Shown piece after piece: positions 50,561-52,987 of a stretch of DNA of 52,987 bases (the stretch's first letter is position 1; each line of letters starts with the position of its first letter). The notes beneath the pieces were generated by a model, which was not told the origin of the DNA, made no database searches, and saw nothing but the letters and a program-made list of their open reading frames with translations. The stretch spans positions 1-52,987 of the forward strand of contig CAYMBG010000003.1 in assembly GCA_964388615.1 (NCBI GenBank), in the 5' to 3' direction. The translations under genes were made by a program, and so were the position numbers. This DNA comes from an uncultured Chitinophagales bacterium (GTDB lineage: Bacteria; Bacteroidota; Rhodothermia; Balneolales; Natronogracilivirgulaceae).

Positions 50561-52774
50561 CTATTTATCAATCGTGTCCAGTGTGGATCGTTGGTAAATT
50601 AGTGTTTTAACAATCAAGTCAATATCCATCCAAACAGAATAGTTTTTTAGATAAAAAAGCTCATATTGTTTTTTCTCCTCCTCACGAAACAAGCGGTTTT
50701 CCGATAGTTGACGTAATCCGGTCAGCCCCGGCTTCACATTTGGGAAATATGGTTTTTTATCAGGTATCAACGGTTTACCAACAAAACTTAATTTTCCCGT
50801 CCACACGTACCAAAGGAGCAGGTACCGATTGATCCATCGGTGATTACGATAAGGCCGTAATAAAAGGATCTGGCATATCGTGACTTCGGACAGAAGCAGG
50901 TTAACAGGCTCTTTTTTATGAGAAGACAACAGAGTTGGAATCAAAAAAAATGGTGTCGTAACCAATAAGAGCACCGATGAAACCCAAAAATCAAGTTGGC
51001 GTTTAAGTAACTGGTTCCATCGTGAAAAATAGGGCAAGTCAATATCCATTACGGGAATATCATCCAGGTACTCGACATTGGTTTTACCAACGATGTAATC
51101 CATAGAATCAGCTACAATCCTTGGATAGACCGATGTATCTCTTAACTCGTAGATTGACTTAAGTATTTGATCATGGTTAACGGCAGGTAATATAAAAATG
51201 ATCTCGTCGGCTTGATGGTATTTAACCAAATTTAAAACAGAAGACAAACTTCCAATAACAGGGACATTATTCACCTCATCAATGGTAATTTCCGGTTCTT
51301 GTGTAACCAATCCGGCCATTTCATAATTCCAGTCAGGCCGGGAGCGTAACTTACCAATTAATTCTGATGTTCGCTCATTCAGTCCGACCAGTAATACTCT
51401 TCTTGCAAGAAAACTACCAGGTACATTGGGTGCTTTTCGAGAGCGGTTAATCTGGACAAGCCGCACCAATGTCAGAATCATAACTCCGCCAATCGCACTT
51501 AATAACAGAATTAATCTTGAAAAAGCAAAATCTCTCAAAAAGAAGGTAATAAGTACAACCCCTGCAAAAGCAATACCCGTTGACTTGATTATTGCAGGAA
51601 TGGAAAACCTGTTTTTGCCATAAAGTTCAAAGTATTTGGCAGAAGCCAAAAAGATCAGGCTTAAAATAATGTTAACGGCAAGATACGATAAGTGAAAACG
51701 ATCAGGAATTTGCTCAACCGGTATATTGTAGCGCCACACAAAAAGAGAAACAATAAGAAAATTTAGAACAAACAAGTCCAGAAGAGGCTGCATCACTCTT
51801 CGGAAAAGAGTGCTTAAGTAGGATATAATCCCTTTTGCTACAATACCAAACAGGACAAAGAATCGGAAAAAGAACGTATAGCCAAAACTGTAATGCTTTT
51901 TAAAAAACTGATATATCGCTTTGTTAAATACGATGACATAATCCAGGTTTTCCTTTTTAGTACTCTCTCCCTTGTAATGAATGATACTGGTAGAGGGTTG
52001 ATAATCAATTTGCCAACCCATTTGACGAATACGATAGCACAGGTCAATATCTTCGCCATACATAAAAAACTGTTCGTCGAATCCTTCAGCCTGTTTCAAT
52101 GCACTGGTTCGAAAAAACATAAAGGCCCCTGACAGCACCGGCACGCTGCTTTCTTGATCTTCATCCTTGCCACCAACATAATAAGCAGAAAATGTACGGC
52201 TTTTGGGAAAGATTCGATGTAAGCCAAGCATTTTGTAGAGTGCTGTCAAAGGTGTTGGCACGGAGCGTCGCGATTCAGCGGCAAAGGTACCATCCGGATT
52301 CAGAATTTTACAACCAGCGGCGGCCGTATCAGGATGATTTTCCATATGATCAAACATGATCTTAAGAGTATCCTGTTGAACAATGGTATCGGGATTAATA
52401 AGAAGAGTGTATGTACCTTTAACTTGTCTGATGGCCATATTATTGGCACGACCAAACCCGACATTCTGGTCATTCAGAATATATTTCACATTTGGAAATC
52501 TTTTTTTCAGATAACTTGCTGATCCATCGGATGAAGCATTATCTACAACAATAATTTCCAGTTTTAAATGATCCTTTGCCTTTTCAAGGGATCCCAGCAG
52601 ATTGGCGACAAACTCTTTAACATTATAGTTAACTATTACAATGCTGATATCTGTTGGTTTTGAAGATTTCTGATTGTTTCCAACATTTTCATGCATGTGA
52701 GGATCGTTTTGTTTCGGGGTATTACCGGTCATTATTTTTATTGTTGGCCATAAGACTGCTGCCGATATTTCCAC
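50561..52774 (-). CDS. GT2 glycosyltransferase fused to TM, CoA-binding-like and degenerate sugar-transferase (PGT) domains
   Basis: SIVIVNYN, VVDNASSDGS, N.GFG.ANN, LINPD, GFDE.FFMYGEDIDLC; C-terminus KR.LD ... KPGLTG ... Y..NYS.W.D. Start uncertain (likely downstream of GTG 52774). Confidence 0.88.
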   Translation of the reverse strand: MEISAAVLWPTIKIMTGNTPKQNDPHMHENVGNNQKSSKPTDISIVIVNYNVKEFVANLLGSLEKAKDHLKLEIIVVDNASSDGSASYLKKRFPNVKYILNDQNVGFGRANNMAIRQVKGTYTLLINPDTIVQQDTLKIMFDHMENHPDTAAAGCKILNPDGTFAAESRRSVPTPLTALYKMLGLHRIFPKSRTFSAYYVGGKDEDQESSVPVLSGAFMFFRTSALKQAEGFDEQFFMYGEDIDLCYRIRQMGWQIDYQPSTSIIHYKGESTKKENLDYVIVFNKAIYQFFKKHYSFGYTFFFRFFVLFGIVAKGIISYLSTLFRRVMQPLLDLFVLNFLIVSLFVWRYNIPVEQIPDRFHLSYLAVNIILSLIFLASAKYFELYGKNRFSIPAIIKSTGIAFAGVVLITFFLRDFAFSRLILLLSAIGGVMILTLVRLVQINRSRKAPNVPGSFLARRVLLVGLNERTSELIGKLRSRPDWNYEMAGLVTQEPEITIDEVNNVPVIGSLSSVLNLVKYHQADEIIFILPAVNHDQILKSIYELRDTSVYPRIVADSMDYIVGKTNVEYLDDIPVMDIDLPYFSRWNQLLKRQLDFWVSSVLLLVTTPFFLIPTLLSSHKKEPVNLLLSEVTICQILLLRPYRNHRWINRYLLLWYVWTGKLSFVGKPLIPDKKPYFPNVKPGLTGLRQLSENRLFREEEKKQYELFYLKNYSVWMDIDLIVKTLIYQRSTLDTIDK

Positions 52775-52934
52775 ATTTCCTTCTGGACATCTTATTGATG
52801 TATGGTACAGCTTATCTGGATAAGCTCATGAAGATAATACAGGTAAACTACGGCTAAAAAGCATCTTTTTTTTCATTGTGTCCCACAAATCTATGGAAAG
52901 GCTGAAATCATAGGAGATGGGGGTAGGGTATAAT

Positions 52935-52974
52935 AAAAAAAAAGCGGTCAGCCAACAAAAAGGGCCAACCGCTT
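52935..52974 (-). terminator. Intrinsic terminator of a minus-strand gene beyond the window
   Basis: A9 tract + GCGGT..GCC / GGC..ACCGC stem. Confidence 0.65.
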
Positions 52975-52987
52975 AGGAAAAAAAGAT

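Overview
Ordinary chromosomal backbone (~45% GC, no mobile elements, CRISPR, rRNA or tRNA seen). It is most consistent with a halophilic FCB-group bacterium (Balneolota/Rhodothermota-like); this is inferred from a TTTG-N20-TAnnTTTG promoter, few Shine-Dalgarno sites, acidic exported proteins and gene content. In order: a porin plus glycine-betaine-binding lipoprotein, arsR, ppdK, an SLC13/DASS permease-receiver-cNMP histidine kinase module, pckG, murB, an aminopeptidase, purU, a chaperone block (clpB, class II dnaJ, htrA, hsp20, dnaK) interleaved with shikimate genes (class II DAHP synthase, aroA), TPR/CBS/hflX/BatA-type genes, a long envelope/lipid operon (wcaJ-like to cdsA), tgt and a GT2 fusion. 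Most notable signals: (1) four chaperone genes each carry a sigma54-type -24/-12 element, three with a TTGT variant, plus shared TG(A/C)C-N4-TG(A/T)CA boxes and an exact 11-bp-phased pentamer array, suggesting a sigma54 heat-shock regulon with no CIRCE. (2) A DASS transporter with a ~80-aa soluble domain inserted sits next to a soluble kinase with a degenerate cNMP pocket and a stand-alone receiver, between two PEP-forming enzymes. (3) Candidate cis-regulatory leaders precede pckG, ppdK and DAHP synthase. (4) A GT2 is fused to a probably inactive phosphoglycosyltransferase domain. All calls come from reading motifs by eye; no searches or folding were run.
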